Assembly: GCA_963712145.1 (NCBI GenBank)
Contig: CAVQGT010000002.1
Span: 294,678 to 358,677 of the forward strand
Direction: 5' to 3'
Source: an uncultured Actinomycetota bacterium
GTDB taxonomy: Bacteria; Actinomycetota; Actinomycetes; Propionibacteriales; Nocardioidaceae
DNA length: 64,000 nt
Shown here: positions 18,564-30,215 of the stretch, in pieces
Numbering within the stretch: the stretch's first letter is position 1
Layout: every line of letters begins with the position of its first letter
The notes under the pieces: model-generated
The model's database searches: none
What the model saw: the letters and a program-made list of their open reading frames with translations, nothing else
Told to the model about the DNA's origin: nothing
Made by a program: the position numbers and the translations under genes

Positions 18564-18962
18564 GTGCGATTCACCGAGCGCGAGCTGACCGCTGCCCTGA
18601 CCGGCGCTGCCAAGACGGTACTGGCGGCGCAGCGCCGGGACGTCCGCAGGGGCAAGGCGGACATCGACGCCGTCTGGGCCGGGTTGGACCGCCACGAGCG
18701 TTTCCGGTTGCTCGACGGCCTCGGCGACCAGGTCCTGCCCGTGCTCATCGCCCTCCCCGACGTCGAGGTGGCAAGAGGCACCCGCCCGACCTTCTCCGAC
18801 CGGCAGGTTGCCGACACCGTCGAGGGACAGCTGGAGGGCGGGCTCGGCCGGGTGCGTCGCGCGGTTCTGGTCAAGGCGCGCACCGCGCTGGTGCAGTCGG
18901 CGCTGGCACACGTGCCGCCGCGCCAGGACCCGGACGCACCGCTCGCGCCCGACCACGTGTGA
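18564..18962 (+). CDS. Hypothetical protein
   Basis: 132-aa ORF with plausible codon usage and a leaderless-type start. Confidence 0.65.
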   Translation: MRFTERELTAALTGAAKTVLAAQRRDVRRGKADIDAVWAGLDRHERFRLLDGLGDQVLPVLIALPDVEVARGTRPTFSDRQVADTVEGQLEGGLGRVRRAVLVKARTALVQSALAHVPPRQDPDAPLAPDHV

Positions 18963-19159
18963 GCCCGGACGGAGCCGCCACACGCCGGCTGCGTGTCAGA
19001 CCCGGCCCTTCAACCGTCCGATGAGCCATCCAGCGTGGTCAGCCGGCGGCAGCGCCCGACGACGCCGATCGCCGTAGTCGGGTCGATCGGTTTCACTCCG
19101 CTGCGCCTGGCGAGGACCTAACCTCGTCCTACCTACCAACCAAGACCGACGGGGGTCCC

Positions 19160-19702
19160 GTGCCGCGAATGACCTTCCTCCCCGGCCTGCTCGTCGTCGT
19201 GCTGGCCGCCACGGGAACGACTGCCTGTGCACCGACGGCCGGCGCCTCTGGCGCCGCCGGCGATCTTGTCCTGGGTGCGGCCAGGCCGCTCGTCCAGCGC
19301 GGCACGGTGGTGGCGGTCGTCGACGGCGACACCATCGACGTGCTGCTGCCCTCCGGAGCGGAGAAGCGCGTGCGCCTGCTGGGGATCGACACCCCGGAGG
19401 TGTTCGGGACCGTGGAGTGCGGCGGCGCCGAGGCGTCCGCGTGGACGAAGAGGTTCCTTCCGGTGGACACCCGGGTCGAGCTGGTCTCCGACCCGAGCCA
19501 GGACCGCAAGGACCAGTACGGCCGGCTGCTGCGCTACGTGACGAAGCTGTCGACCGGCCAGGACGTGAACCGCAGGATCGTGGGCAAGGGCTGGGCGCGG
19601 CTGTTCGTGTGGCACGACAACCCCTTCAACCGGGTGAAGTCGTACCGCAAGGCCCTCAACGCGGCGAAGGATGCCGATCGCGGCATCTGGGGCATGTGCT
19701 GA
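19160..19702 (+). CDS. Thermonuclease (SNase) family, secreted or lipoprotein
   Basis: VVDGDTI, RVRLLGIDTPE, DQYGRLLRYV; signal peptide with TTAC. Confidence 0.92.
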   Translation: MPRMTFLPGLLVVVLAATGTTACAPTAGASGAAGDLVLGAARPLVQRGTVVAVVDGDTIDVLLPSGAEKRVRLLGIDTPEVFGTVECGGAEASAWTKRFLPVDTRVELVSDPSQDRKDQYGRLLRYVTKLSTGQDVNRRIVGKGWARLFVWHDNPFNRVKSYRKALNAAKDADRGIWGMC

Positions 19703-19729
19703 GAGGTTTCTCCGGAGTGCACTAATCGC

Positions 19730-22354
19730 GTGCGGTCGGATGTTCGAGTTCTGGTTGCAGGGGTCCTTGATGCCAGGGAGGCTGGAGAGGTGTCGTCGTC
19801 CTCAGGAGTGCCGTCGGCAGGGGTGACCTCGCACGAGGTCGCGACTGCGCTGATGGCCGAGCACGCACCCGCCGTGGTCGGTCTCGTCGGTCGCGACGAG
19901 CGCGTGCTGGATGTCGGCGGGGCGCTCCTCGAGCAGCTGGGGTCGAGCCGGGACCAGCTCGTCGGTCGGCACCTGGGTGACGTGGTGCGCAACGACGACA
20001 TCATCGCGATGGTCCGCCGCGGTCTCGGCGGCGAGTCGTCGACCGAGACCACGTCCCTGGGCAACCGCAGGTGGCTCGTCGCGGTCCGCCCGGCGGAGCA
20101 GACCGAAGGCTCCCCGACCGGCTGCATCTGCGTGCTCACCTTCGCCGACGAGGTGGAGGTGCGCCAGCAGCTCACGGCCCGGGAGGCCGACCTCGAGCGC
20201 TTCGCCGCGCTGGTCGAGCTGTCGGCGGACTTCATCGCGATGGCGGACTTCGAGGGCACCGTGACCTTCCTCAACCGGGCCGGGCGTGAGCTCGTGGGCG
20301 CCGAGAGCGACGAGGACGCGCTCGGCCGACCGACGGCGGACTACTTCACCGAGACCGGTCTGGCGAAGTCGCACGAGATCGAGGAGGCGGTCCGCGCCGA
20401 GGGGCACTGGGAGGGGGAGAGCGAGCTCCGGCACCTGCGGACGGGCGAGTCCATCCCGGTGTCGGTGAACTCGTTCCTGGTGACACGCTCGTCCGACGGT
20501 GCCCCGCTCGCGCTGGCGACAGTCCAGCGCGACCTCCGGGGCCGGCTGGCCAACGAGCGTGCGCTCGCGCTGCGGGTGCAGGAGCAACGTGACCTGGCCG
20601 AGCTGGGACGGATGGCGCTCGTCCAGACGCTGCCCGAGCTGATGGCCGAGTGCGTCCGGCGGCTGCAGCTGCGCTTCCCCGGGATGCTCGCCGGGGTGAT
20701 GATGCACGAGGGCGGGATGAGGTTCCGGACCGTCGCGAGCGCGGACCCGACCTGGGAGAACCGCACGACGATCTTCGACGAGCGCTCGCTCACCGGGCAG
20801 GTGATGGCCCACGGCGGCCCCGCGTACAGCACCAACATGTGGGATGACCCGCGCTACGACTCCGAGACCGCTCGCCAGGCACAGGCACACGCCGGCCTCG
20901 TGGTCCCGATCCCCGGCCGGCAGGGGCCCTGGGGCACCGTCGGGATCTCGGGCACCGAATCGCACGAGTGGCTGCCGGACGAGGTGGCCTTCGCAGAGTC
21001 CGTGGCGGCCACGCTCGGTGCCGCGGTACGCCGCTACGAGCTGGAGAACGAGCTCCAGCACCAGGCGTTGCACGACTCGCTCACCGGCCTGCCCAACCGG
21101 GCGCTCGCCCTCGACCGGATCGACCGTGCCCTGGTGCGCGCAGGCCGGTCGGGTGGGCTGATGGCCGTGCTGCTGCTCGACCTCGATGACTTCAAGGCGG
21201 TCAACGACACGCTCGGCCACGGCGTCGGCGACCGGCTGCTCAAGGCGATCGCGAAGCGGTTCGAGGAAGTCCTGCCGGCCAGTGACACCGTTGCCCGGCT
21301 GGGCGGCGACGAGTTCGTGGTCGTCTGCGAGAACCTCACCGGGGAGGACGACGTGGCGCTGCTGGCCGAGTCGCTCCTCGCTGCCTGCACCGACACCCTC
21401 GTGCTCGACGGCAGGCCGCTCAACGTGTCGGTCAGCATCGGCGTCGCCCTGGCGGTGGCCGACGTCGACGCCGACACCACCCGGCTGCTCAGCGAGGCCG
21501 ACATCGCGATGTACAGCGCCAAGCGCGACCGGCCCGGGACCTACCGGGTGTTCGACGAGGCGATGCGCGGTGACGTGCTCGGCCGGATCAACATCGCCGG
21601 AGAGCTGCGCAGCGCCGTGCGCTCCGGCGCGCTGGGGCTCGCGTTCCAGCCGATCGTCGACCTGCCCACCGGGCGGATCGTGGCCCTCGAGGCGTTGTGT
21701 CGCTGGGAGAACGGCGACGGGGACGCCGTACCGCCCGACGTCTTCATCGCAGTGGCGGAGGAGACCGGTCTGATCGGGGAGCTCGGCGCCTGGGTCCTGG
21801 GGGAGGCCGCCCGGTGCACCGCCGAGTGGCAGGCCCGCGGCCACGACGTCGGGCTGCGCGTCAACGTGAGCGCGCACGAGCTGCGCGGGAGGGGGTTCGT
21901 CGACTCCGTCCTGGCAGCGGTCGACGCGGCCGGCATCAGCCCGCACCACCTCGGCCTCGAGGTCACCGAGTCGACGTTGGTGGACGACGACAAGACCACG
22001 CAGGACAACCTGGCGCGGCTCAGCGAGGCCGGCATCTGCCTGCTCGTGGACGACTTCGGCACCGGCTACAGCTCGTTGAGCTACCTCGAGCGGTTTCCGG
22101 TGGTCGACGTGCTCAAGGTCGACCGGTCGTTCCTGCTCGAGGGGACGCGGGGACGCGCGGTGGTGCAGGCCGTCGTCGGCCTGGCCCGCGCGTTCGGCTT
22201 CGACGTCTGCGCCGAGGGCGTGGAGACCCCGGAGCAGCTGGCCTACCTGCGTGACCTGGGCTGCGACCTGGCGCAGGGGTTCTACCTGGCCCGGCCCGTG
22301 CCGGTCGACGCGGTGGAAGAGCTGCTGGCCGGGTGGACCGTCCCGGCCAGCTGA
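19730..22354 (+). CDS. PAS-PAS-GAF-GGDEF-EAL diguanylate cyclase/phosphodiesterase
   Basis: HDSLTGLPNR, RLGGDEF, EALCRW, DDFGTGYSS; true start may be up to ~120 nt downstream. Confidence 0.92.
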   Translation: MRSDVRVLVAGVLDAREAGEVSSSSGVPSAGVTSHEVATALMAEHAPAVVGLVGRDERVLDVGGALLEQLGSSRDQLVGRHLGDVVRNDDIIAMVRRGLGGESSTETTSLGNRRWLVAVRPAEQTEGSPTGCICVLTFADEVEVRQQLTAREADLERFAALVELSADFIAMADFEGTVTFLNRAGRELVGAESDEDALGRPTADYFTETGLAKSHEIEEAVRAEGHWEGESELRHLRTGESIPVSVNSFLVTRSSDGAPLALATVQRDLRGRLANERALALRVQEQRDLAELGRMALVQTLPELMAECVRRLQLRFPGMLAGVMMHEGGMRFRTVASADPTWENRTTIFDERSLTGQVMAHGGPAYSTNMWDDPRYDSETARQAQAHAGLVVPIPGRQGPWGTVGISGTESHEWLPDEVAFAESVAATLGAAVRRYELENELQHQALHDSLTGLPNRALALDRIDRALVRAGRSGGLMAVLLLDLDDFKAVNDTLGHGVGDRLLKAIAKRFEEVLPASDTVARLGGDEFVVVCENLTGEDDVALLAESLLAACTDTLVLDGRPLNVSVSIGVALAVADVDADTTRLLSEADIAMYSAKRDRPGTYRVFDEAMRGDVLGRINIAGELRSAVRSGALGLAFQPIVDLPTGRIVALEALCRWENGDGDAVPPDVFIAVAEETGLIGELGAWVLGEAARCTAEWQARGHDVGLRVNVSAHELRGRGFVDSVLAAVDAAGISPHHLGLEVTESTLVDDDKTTQDNLARLSEAGICLLVDDFGTGYSSLSYLERFPVVDVLKVDRSFLLEGTRGRAVVQAVVGLARAFGFDVCAEGVETPEQLAYLRDLGCDLAQGFYLARPVPVDAVEELLAGWTVPAS

Positions 22355-22364
22355 ACGGGGTGCC

Positions 22365-23210
22365 TCAGGCCGGGAGGAACGGCGCCCAGGAGCCGAGCAT
22401 CTTCGGCACCAGGGCACCGAGGATCGGCCGGGCGAAGAAGTAGCCCTGGGCGTAGTTGCAGCCGCTGCCGATCACCAGGCTGTGCTGGGTGGCGTTCTCG
22501 ACGCCCTCGGCCGAGACCTCGACGTTGCGGGCGCGGGCCAGGTCGACGATGTTCTGCAGCGCCCGCTGGTCGGCCTCCTCGCCGGACAGCAGGGTGCGGT
22601 CGACCTTGAGCACGTCGATGACCGGGATCATCTGCGTCGAGCCGAGCGAGCTGTAGCCGGCGCCGAAGTCGTCGAGGAGCAGGGTCACGCCTGCGGCGCG
22701 GAGCCGGGCGAGCGTGGTGGCCGAGGCGGTGCCCTCGTTGAACAGGGCCGGTTCGTTCATCTCGAGGCCCAGCAGTCGGGGGTCGAGGTCGGCGTGGGCG
22801 AGCGTGCGCATCACGTCGTCGTAGAAGTTCGGTGCCTGCACCTCGGGGGCGCTGACGTTGATCCGGACACCGGTCGGCGCGATCGACTGCCAGCGCGCCG
22901 CGGCGCGGGTGGCCTTGCGGAGGATCTGCTGGCCGAGCTCGCCGATCAGGCCGCTCTCCTCGGCCATCGGGATGAACACGTCGGGCGAGATCGCGGATCC
23001 GCTCGGGGTGGTCCAGCGGGCGAAGGCCTCGAGCGCGATGATCCGGCCGGTGCGCAGGTTCAGCACGGGCTGGTAGGCGATGTCGAGGTTCTGGCCGCGG
23101 ATGGCGGAGCGGAGGTCGTTGGACGTCCACAACCGGCCGACGGACTCGCCGGTGGTCGACGCGGCGACGAGCCGAGCGATGTCGGACTGCTCCTGGTTGA
23201 CGCTAGACAT
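22365..23210 (-). CDS. Stand-alone EAL-domain phosphodiesterase
   Basis: YQP, EAFARW, DDFGAGYSS, LKVDR, AEGVE, QGY; start 23210 preferred over 23393. Confidence 0.88.
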   Translation of the reverse strand: MSSVNQEQSDIARLVAASTTGESVGRLWTSNDLRSAIRGQNLDIAYQPVLNLRTGRIIALEAFARWTTPSGSAISPDVFIPMAEESGLIGELGQQILRKATRAAARWQSIAPTGVRINVSAPEVQAPNFYDDVMRTLAHADLDPRLLGLEMNEPALFNEGTASATTLARLRAAGVTLLLDDFGAGYSSLGSTQMIPVIDVLKVDRTLLSGEEADQRALQNIVDLARARNVEVSAEGVENATQHSLVIGSGCNYAQGYFFARPILGALVPKMLGSWAPFLPA

Positions 23211-23505
23211 GGCGACGGGTCCCTCTCCGCGGTGTCCGGTGGCGCTCGCCGTTCCACCGTTGCTCAACGCTACTCCGGCGAGGACGGAGGTGTGGGCGTT
23301 TCGGTCAGGACCGTCCTGGAAGACTCGGCGCAGGTACGAACGGGCGTCCGTCAGCACGCTGCGAGACTCGTCGTCGTTGTCAGTGGTGGCCACGTTCCCA
23401 GGGTGAGCGAACCGGACATTCCTCGCAATCCTCTTGGGGATTTATGACCGGAACGCGACGACTTGATAGTCCTTCCGGGTCAGATTTGAGCGTGGATCCG
23501 CGGCT

Positions 23506-25170
23506 TCAGATCCACTGCCGGAACCAGATCCGCTTCAGCCAGTCCGGGGTGGTGATCAGCTCGCCCGTGTAGACCGGCCAGAACCACGCGAAGTTCACGA
23601 CCACCAGGACCACGAAGGCGCCGGCGACAGCGGTGCCCCAGAGCCGGCGCTGGTACGACGCCGTCGGTCCGCCCATCAGCACGCCGATCAGCAGCGTCAG
23701 GGCGATGATCGTGAACGGCAGGATCGAGATGGCGTAGTAGGAGAAGATCGGCCGGTCGTCGTACCGGACCCAGGGCAGCCAGGTGGCGAGCAGGCCGACC
23801 ACCACGATGCCGTACCGCCAGTCCCGCTTGGCCAGCCACGCGTAGACCGAGTACAGCACCGCGACCGCGCCGCCCCACCACAGCGCGGGGGTGCCGAGCA
23901 GCAGGACCTGGCGCAGGCAGGTGCTGCCCTCGGGGGCGGCGCAGCCGTCGACCCCGGGCTCGATGCCCAGGTCGGCCTGCATCCCGACCGGCCGGTTCAG
24001 CACCAGCCACCACTGCGGCTTCGACTGATAGCTGTGGGTGGCGTCGTTCAGGAAGCGGGTGTGGAACGTGTAGACGTCCTGGTGGTAGTTCCACAGCGAC
24101 CGCAGCGACTCGAGCAGCTCGGGGAAGAAGCCGTGGGCGTCCCGCTCCAGGTAGGTGCCCCAGTAGGGCCCGTACTGGGTGTTGGACAGCGCCTGCTCGT
24201 AGACGTCGGCGTGCAGCAGCCAGCCGGTCCAGGACAGCACGTAGACGACCAGCGCGACGACGACGAGGTAGAAGAACGCCGGGACCGCGTCGACGACGGC
24301 CGAGCGCATCCGGGCGTTGCGGACGCCCAGCGACCGGCGGGCGCCCGCGTCCCACATCCACACCAGCAGGCCGAAGACCGCCAGCGGGATCATCGCGTTC
24401 CACTTGGTGGCGCAGGCCAGTCCGAAGAAGACACCGGCGGCCAGCCGCCACGGCCGCCAGAGCAGGCCGCGCACCGGGCCCCAGTCGTCGACGGTGGTGC
24501 GGTAGCCGGTCGGCACCAGCCGGGCCATCCGGAGGCGTCCCCAGTCCCGGTCGGCGACCAGGCAGGACACCGCGCAGAGCAGGAAGAACGCCAGGAAGAT
24601 GTCGAGCAGCGCCGACCGGGACAGCACGAAGTGCAGGCCGTCGACGGTGAGCAGCAGACCGGCCGTGCACCCCAGCAGGGTGGATCCGGTGAGGCGGCGT
24701 ACGAGCCGGATGATCACCAGCACCATCAGCGTGCCGACGACGGCCGCCGAGACACGCCAGCCGAACGAGGTCATCCCGAAGAAGTGCTCGCCGAGGGCGA
24801 TGATCCACTTCCCCACCTCGGGGTGCACGACCATGCTCGGGCTGTCGGTGAACAGGCCGTCGACCTGGCCGGCGACGATCTTCTTGTCCGCCTTGGGGAC
24901 GTAGCCGGTGACGTAGCCGTGGTGCAGCAGCGACCAGGCGTCCTTGGCGTAGTAGGTCTCGTCGAAGAGGAACTTGTTCGGCCGGCCGAGGTTCCACAGC
25001 CGCAGGAAGCCGGCCAGCGCCGTGACGGCCAGGGTGGCCGTCCAGCCGAAGAGACGGTCGTCGCGGGGGAGCAGCGGGACGAGCCTGCGGCGAGCGCTCG
25101 GGACCACGCGGTCGTCGGCGGTGCGCGAGAGCCCCATCGTCCTTCGGGGCGGGTCCTCCGTGACGGTCAC
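23506..25170 (-). CDS. pmt: Polyprenyl-phosphate-mannose protein O-mannosyltransferase
   Basis: FDETYY, VHPEVGKW, LSRSALLD, ATKW, HSYQSKP; divergent from rsmI. Confidence 0.92.
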   Translation of the reverse strand: MTVTEDPPRRTMGLSRTADDRVVPSARRRLVPLLPRDDRLFGWTATLAVTALAGFLRLWNLGRPNKFLFDETYYAKDAWSLLHHGYVTGYVPKADKKIVAGQVDGLFTDSPSMVVHPEVGKWIIALGEHFFGMTSFGWRVSAAVVGTLMVLVIIRLVRRLTGSTLLGCTAGLLLTVDGLHFVLSRSALLDIFLAFFLLCAVSCLVADRDWGRLRMARLVPTGYRTTVDDWGPVRGLLWRPWRLAAGVFFGLACATKWNAMIPLAVFGLLVWMWDAGARRSLGVRNARMRSAVVDAVPAFFYLVVVALVVYVLSWTGWLLHADVYEQALSNTQYGPYWGTYLERDAHGFFPELLESLRSLWNYHQDVYTFHTRFLNDATHSYQSKPQWWLVLNRPVGMQADLGIEPGVDGCAAPEGSTCLRQVLLLGTPALWWGGAVAVLYSVYAWLAKRDWRYGIVVVGLLATWLPWVRYDDRPIFSYYAISILPFTIIALTLLIGVLMGGPTASYQRRLWGTAVAGAFVVLVVVNFAWFWPVYTGELITTPDWLKRIWFRQWI

Positions 25171-25216
25171 GGCGCAACTCTACGGACGCCTGCGAGGATT
25201 GCCGGGTGATTGCCCC

Positions 25217-26074
25217 ATGACCGGCACCCTGACCAGCCGAGGCGGCGTCCTCGTCCTGGCCGCGACCCCGATCGGCCGCGTCGCGGACGCCCCGCCGCGG
25301 CTGGCGGAGGAGCTCGCGAGCGCGGACGTGGTCGCCGCCGAGGACACCCGGCGGCTCAAGCGGCTGACCACCGACCTCGGCGTGGTGGTGCGCGGCCGGG
25401 TGGTGTCCTACTTCGAGGGCAACGAGTCGACCCGCACCGCGAGCCTCGTCGAGGCGCTCGAGGCCGGCGAGCGGGTGCTGCTGGTGACCGACGCGGGGAT
25501 GCCGTCCGTGTCGGACCCCGGCTACCGGCTCGTCGCCGCGGCGGTCGAGCGGGACATCGTGGTGACCGCGGTCCCGGGTCCGTCCGCGGTGCTGACCGCG
25601 CTGGCGGTGTCGGGGTTGCCCGTGGACCGGTTCTGCTTCGAGGGGTTCCTGCCGCGCAAGGCCGGCGAGCGGTCCCGTCGGCTCGCCTCGCTGGCCGCCG
25701 AGCCGCGGACGATGGTGTTCTTCGAGGCGCCGCACCGGACCGAGGTCGCGCTCGCCGCGATGGCGTCCGCGTTCGGCGAGGACCGGCGCGGCGCCGTGTG
25801 CCGTGAGCTGACCAAGACCCATGAGGAGGTACGCCGTGGCGGGCTGGCCGAGCTGGCCGCCTGGGCCGCCGACGGAGTGCGCGGCGAGGTGACGATCGTG
25901 GTCGAGGGGGCAGCCGCGTCGAGCGACCTGCCCACCGACCCGGCGTCGTTGGCCGCCTTGGTGGCCGAGGCCCAGGACGAGGGAGGGCTGACCCGCAAGG
26001 ACGCGATCCTCGACGTCGCGCGCCGGACCGGGCTGCCCAAGCGCGAGGTCTACGACGCGGTGCACAAGAAGTAG
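25217..26074 (+). CDS. rsmI: 16S rRNA (cytidine1402-2'-O)-methyltransferase
   Basis: ATPIG, AAEDTR, TDAGMPSVSDPG, FEGFLPRK, RELTKTHEE. Confidence 0.96.
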   Translation: MTGTLTSRGGVLVLAATPIGRVADAPPRLAEELASADVVAAEDTRRLKRLTTDLGVVVRGRVVSYFEGNESTRTASLVEALEAGERVLLVTDAGMPSVSDPGYRLVAAAVERDIVVTAVPGPSAVLTALAVSGLPVDRFCFEGFLPRKAGERSRRLASLAAEPRTMVFFEAPHRTEVALAAMASAFGEDRRGAVCRELTKTHEEVRRGGLAELAAWAADGVRGEVTIVVEGAAASSDLPTDPASLAALVAEAQDEGGLTRKDAILDVARRTGLPKREVYDAVHKK

Positions 26075-26085
26075 CCTCGGGCCCC

Positions 26086-26964
26086 ATGAGCGCACCCACC
26101 CGCAGCCGGAAGGGCGAGGGCCGCGACCGCTCCCGGCCGCCCGCCCCGGAGCCGTTGCCGCACCCCGTCGTGGACAACCACTGCCACCTCGACATCGCGG
26201 ACGGGCCCGACGACACCTGGCTGTCGACCGACGAGGCGCTTGCGGCGGCCGCCGAGGTCGGGGTGCCGCGCATCGTGCAGATCGGCTGCGACCTGCCCGG
26301 CGCCCGCTGGGCGGTCGAGGCGGCCGGCCGGTACGACGCCCTCGTGGCCGGTGTCGCGCTGCACCCCAACGAGGCGCCGGAGCTCGCCGCGGCCGGGCGG
26401 CTCGACGAGGCGATGGCCGAGATCGAGCGGCTGGCCTCCTCCACCGGCCGGGTCCGCGCCGTGGGGGAGACCGGGCTGGACTACTTCCGCACCGGCGAGG
26501 ACGGGCGGGCCGCCCAGCACGAGTCCTTCCGGCGGCACATCGACCTCGCGAAGCGGCTCGGGAAGACCCTGGTGATCCACGACCGGGACGCCCACGACGA
26601 CGTGCTCCGGGTGCTCGACGAGGAGGGCGTCCCGGACCGCTTCGTCATGCACTGCTTCTCGGGCGACGCCGACTTCGCCCGGGCCTGCCTCGACCGCGGC
26701 GGCTGGCTCTCCTTCGCCGGCACGGTGACGTTCAAGAACGCCGAGCCGCTGCGTGAGGCGCTCCGGGCCGCGCCGCAGGACCGGGTGCTGGTGGAGACGG
26801 ATGCGCCGTACCTCACGCCGATGCCGTTCCGTGGGCGGCCGAACGCCTCCTACCTGGTCCCGCTCACCGTCCGGGCGATGGCGGAGACCCGCGGAGACGA
26901 CCTGGAAGGGCTCTGCCGGGCCCTCGACCGCAACACCGAGGAGGCCTTCGGCGGGCCCTGGTGA
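26086..26964 (+). CDS. tatD: TatD family DNase
   Basis: DNHCHLD, GETGLDY, IHDRDA, HCFSG, ETDAPYL. Confidence 0.95.
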   Translation: MSAPTRSRKGEGRDRSRPPAPEPLPHPVVDNHCHLDIADGPDDTWLSTDEALAAAAEVGVPRIVQIGCDLPGARWAVEAAGRYDALVAGVALHPNEAPELAAAGRLDEAMAEIERLASSTGRVRAVGETGLDYFRTGEDGRAAQHESFRRHIDLAKRLGKTLVIHDRDAHDDVLRVLDEEGVPDRFVMHCFSGDADFARACLDRGGWLSFAGTVTFKNAEPLREALRAAPQDRVLVETDAPYLTPMPFRGRPNASYLVPLTVRAMAETRGDDLEGLCRALDRNTEEAFGGPW

Positions 26965-27172
26965 GGCGTGCGGGACCTCCGCGAATGTCCGTTACCGAAA
27001 CGTGATGTCGGCCACGGGGGCCCGCTTGGGGCGGTGTCAAGTGGGCCAGGTGCGTTTGATATAGCCCAACCGGGCCACCTAAGGTCATGTACTTGTTGGC
27101 CGGGAGCGGGGAAGTTCTCGGGCGGCATCCTGTGGCTCACACCGATCCGTCGCGTGCGAGCCACCGCGCTGA

Positions 27173-28378
<1,206 letters not shown>

Positions 28379-28419
28379 GTGCCCGCGCCAGGTGCATCCC
28401 CGGCGTCTAGGCTCACCGC

Positions 28420-29301
28420 GTGACTGAGCACTCCAGCAACGACGCGGCATCCGCCGGTCCGAGACTTCTCGGGCCGGCGGATGTGCGTTCGCTCGCCGCC
28501 GCGCTCGACATCCGGCCGACCAAGCAGCGCGGCCAGAACTTCGTGATCGACGCCAACACCGTGCGCCGGATCGTCAAGGCCTCCGGTGTCGGGCCCGACG
28601 ACGTGGTGCTCGAGGTCGGGCCCGGCCTCGGCTCGCTGACGCTCGGCCTGCTGGGCGCCGTACGCCGTGTCGTCGCCCTCGAGATCGACCCGGTCCTCGC
28701 AGCAGCGCTCCCCGACACGGTGGCGGCCTACGCGCCGGACCACGCCGACCGGTTCGAGGTCGTCGAGGCCGACGCGCTGCGGGTCACCGAGGTCCCGGGC
28801 CCCCCTCCGACCGCGCTGGTGGCCAACCTGCCCTACAACGTGTCGGTGCCCGTGCTGCTGCACCTGATGGCGCTGCTGCCGTCGCTGCGGCACGGCCTGG
28901 TGATGGTGCAGTCCGAGGTGGCCGACCGGCTGGCCGCGCCGCCCGGGTCCCGCACCTACGGCGTGCCGTCGGTGAAGGCGGCCTGGTTCGCGGAGGTACG
29001 ACGGGCCGGCGCCGTGGGACGCAACGTGTTCTGGCCGGCTCCCAACGTCGACTCGGGCCTCGTCGCCTGGGTGCACCGCGACCCGCCGCAGGTCTCGGTG
29101 ACGCGCGAGCAGGTCTTCGCGGTCATCGACGCCGCCTTCGCCCAGCGCCGCAAGACGCTGCGCTCCACGCTCAAGAACCTCGCCGGGTCCGCCGAGGCGG
29201 CCGAGGCCGCGCTGGCACACGCCGGGGTCGACCCGCAGGTGCGCGGAGAGCAGCTCGGGATCGAGGAGTTCGCCGCGATCGCCGAGGGGCTGGCCCGGTG
29301 A
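28420..29301 (+). CDS. rsmA: 16S rRNA m6,2A dimethyltransferase KsgA
   Basis: [38 protein letters not shown]. Confidence 0.97.
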   Translation: MTEHSSNDAASAGPRLLGPADVRSLAAALDIRPTKQRGQNFVIDANTVRRIVKASGVGPDDVVLEVGPGLGSLTLGLLGAVRRVVALEIDPVLAAALPDTVAAYAPDHADRFEVVEADALRVTEVPGPPPTALVANLPYNVSVPVLLHLMALLPSLRHGLVMVQSEVADRLAAPPGSRTYGVPSVKAAWFAEVRRAGAVGRNVFWPAPNVDSGLVAWVHRDPPQVSVTREQVFAVIDAAFAQRRKTLRSTLKNLAGSAEAAEAALAHAGVDPQVRGEQLGIEEFAAIAEGLAR

Positions 29302-30215
29302 CGGCCGCCTGGGTCACGGCCTCCGCGCCCGCCAAGATCAACCTGCACCTCGGGGTCGGCCCGGTGCGCCCGGACGGCTACCACCCGCTGGCGACCGTCT
29401 ACCAGGCGATCGGCCTGCTCGACGAGGTCACGGTGGCCCCGGCGCCGGCGTACTCCGTCACGGTGACCGGCAACCGGCGCCTCACGCTCACCGACGTGCC
29501 GCTCGACGACACCAACATCGCGATCCGGGCGGCCAAGCTGCTCGCCGAGGACGCCGGCGTGCACGGCGCCGTCTCGGTCCGCATCGACAAGGGCATCCCG
29601 GTCGCGGGTGGCCTCGCCGGCGGGTCGGCCGACGCCGCCGCGACCCTGGTGGCCTGCGACGCGCTCTGGGGGCTGGAGATGCCGCGCGAGCGGCTGATGA
29701 AGCTCGCGGCGCAGCTCGGCAGCGACGTGCCGTTCGCGCTCCAGGGCGGCACGGCCGTCGGCACCGGGCACGGCGAGCTCGTCGCTCCGGCGATGGCCCG
29801 CGGGGAGTACTGGTGGGTCGTCGTCGAGTCCCCGGACGGCCTGTCGACGCCGGCGGTCTACCGCGAGTTCGACGTGCTGCACTCCGGCGCCGTCGTCGCG
29901 GAGCCGGAGATCCCCGAGGAGCTCATGGAGGCGCTGCGCGCCCACGACCTGGAGAAGCTCGCGCTGACCGTCCAGAACGACCTGGAGGCGGCGGCCCTGC
30001 GGCTGCGGCCGGGCCTGGCCTCGGTGCTCACCGCTGGTGTCGAGGCGACGGCGCTGGGCGCCCTGCTGTCCGGCTCGGGGCCGTCCTGCCTGTTCCTGTG
30101 CAGCGACAAGTCACACGCCCAGGCCGTCGTGGCGGGGCTCGGTGAGCGGGGCATCGCCCCGGCGTCGTTCGCACGCGGGCCGGTCCCGGGCGCACGAGTG
30201 GAGAGGCTCGGCTGA
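29298..30215 (+). CDS. ispE: 4-diphosphocytidyl-2-C-methyl-D-erythritol kinase
   Basis: [38 protein letters not shown]. Confidence 0.96.
   Translation: MTAAWVTASAPAKINLHLGVGPVRPDGYHPLATVYQAIGLLDEVTVAPAPAYSVTVTGNRRLTLTDVPLDDTNIAIRAAKLLAEDAGVHGAVSVRIDKGIPVAGGLAGGSADAAATLVACDALWGLEMPRERLMKLAAQLGSDVPFALQGGTAVGTGHGELVAPAMARGEYWWVVVESPDGLSTPAVYREFDVLHSGAVVAEPEIPEELMEALRAHDLEKLALTVQNDLEAAALRLRPGLASVLTAGVEATALGALLSGSGPSCLFLCSDKSHAQAVVAGLGERGIAPASFARGPVPGARVERLG

Noticed and set aside
26074-26090. metG absent between rsmI and tatD
   Set aside because: Its position varies among Actinobacteria; it is probably elsewhere in the genome.
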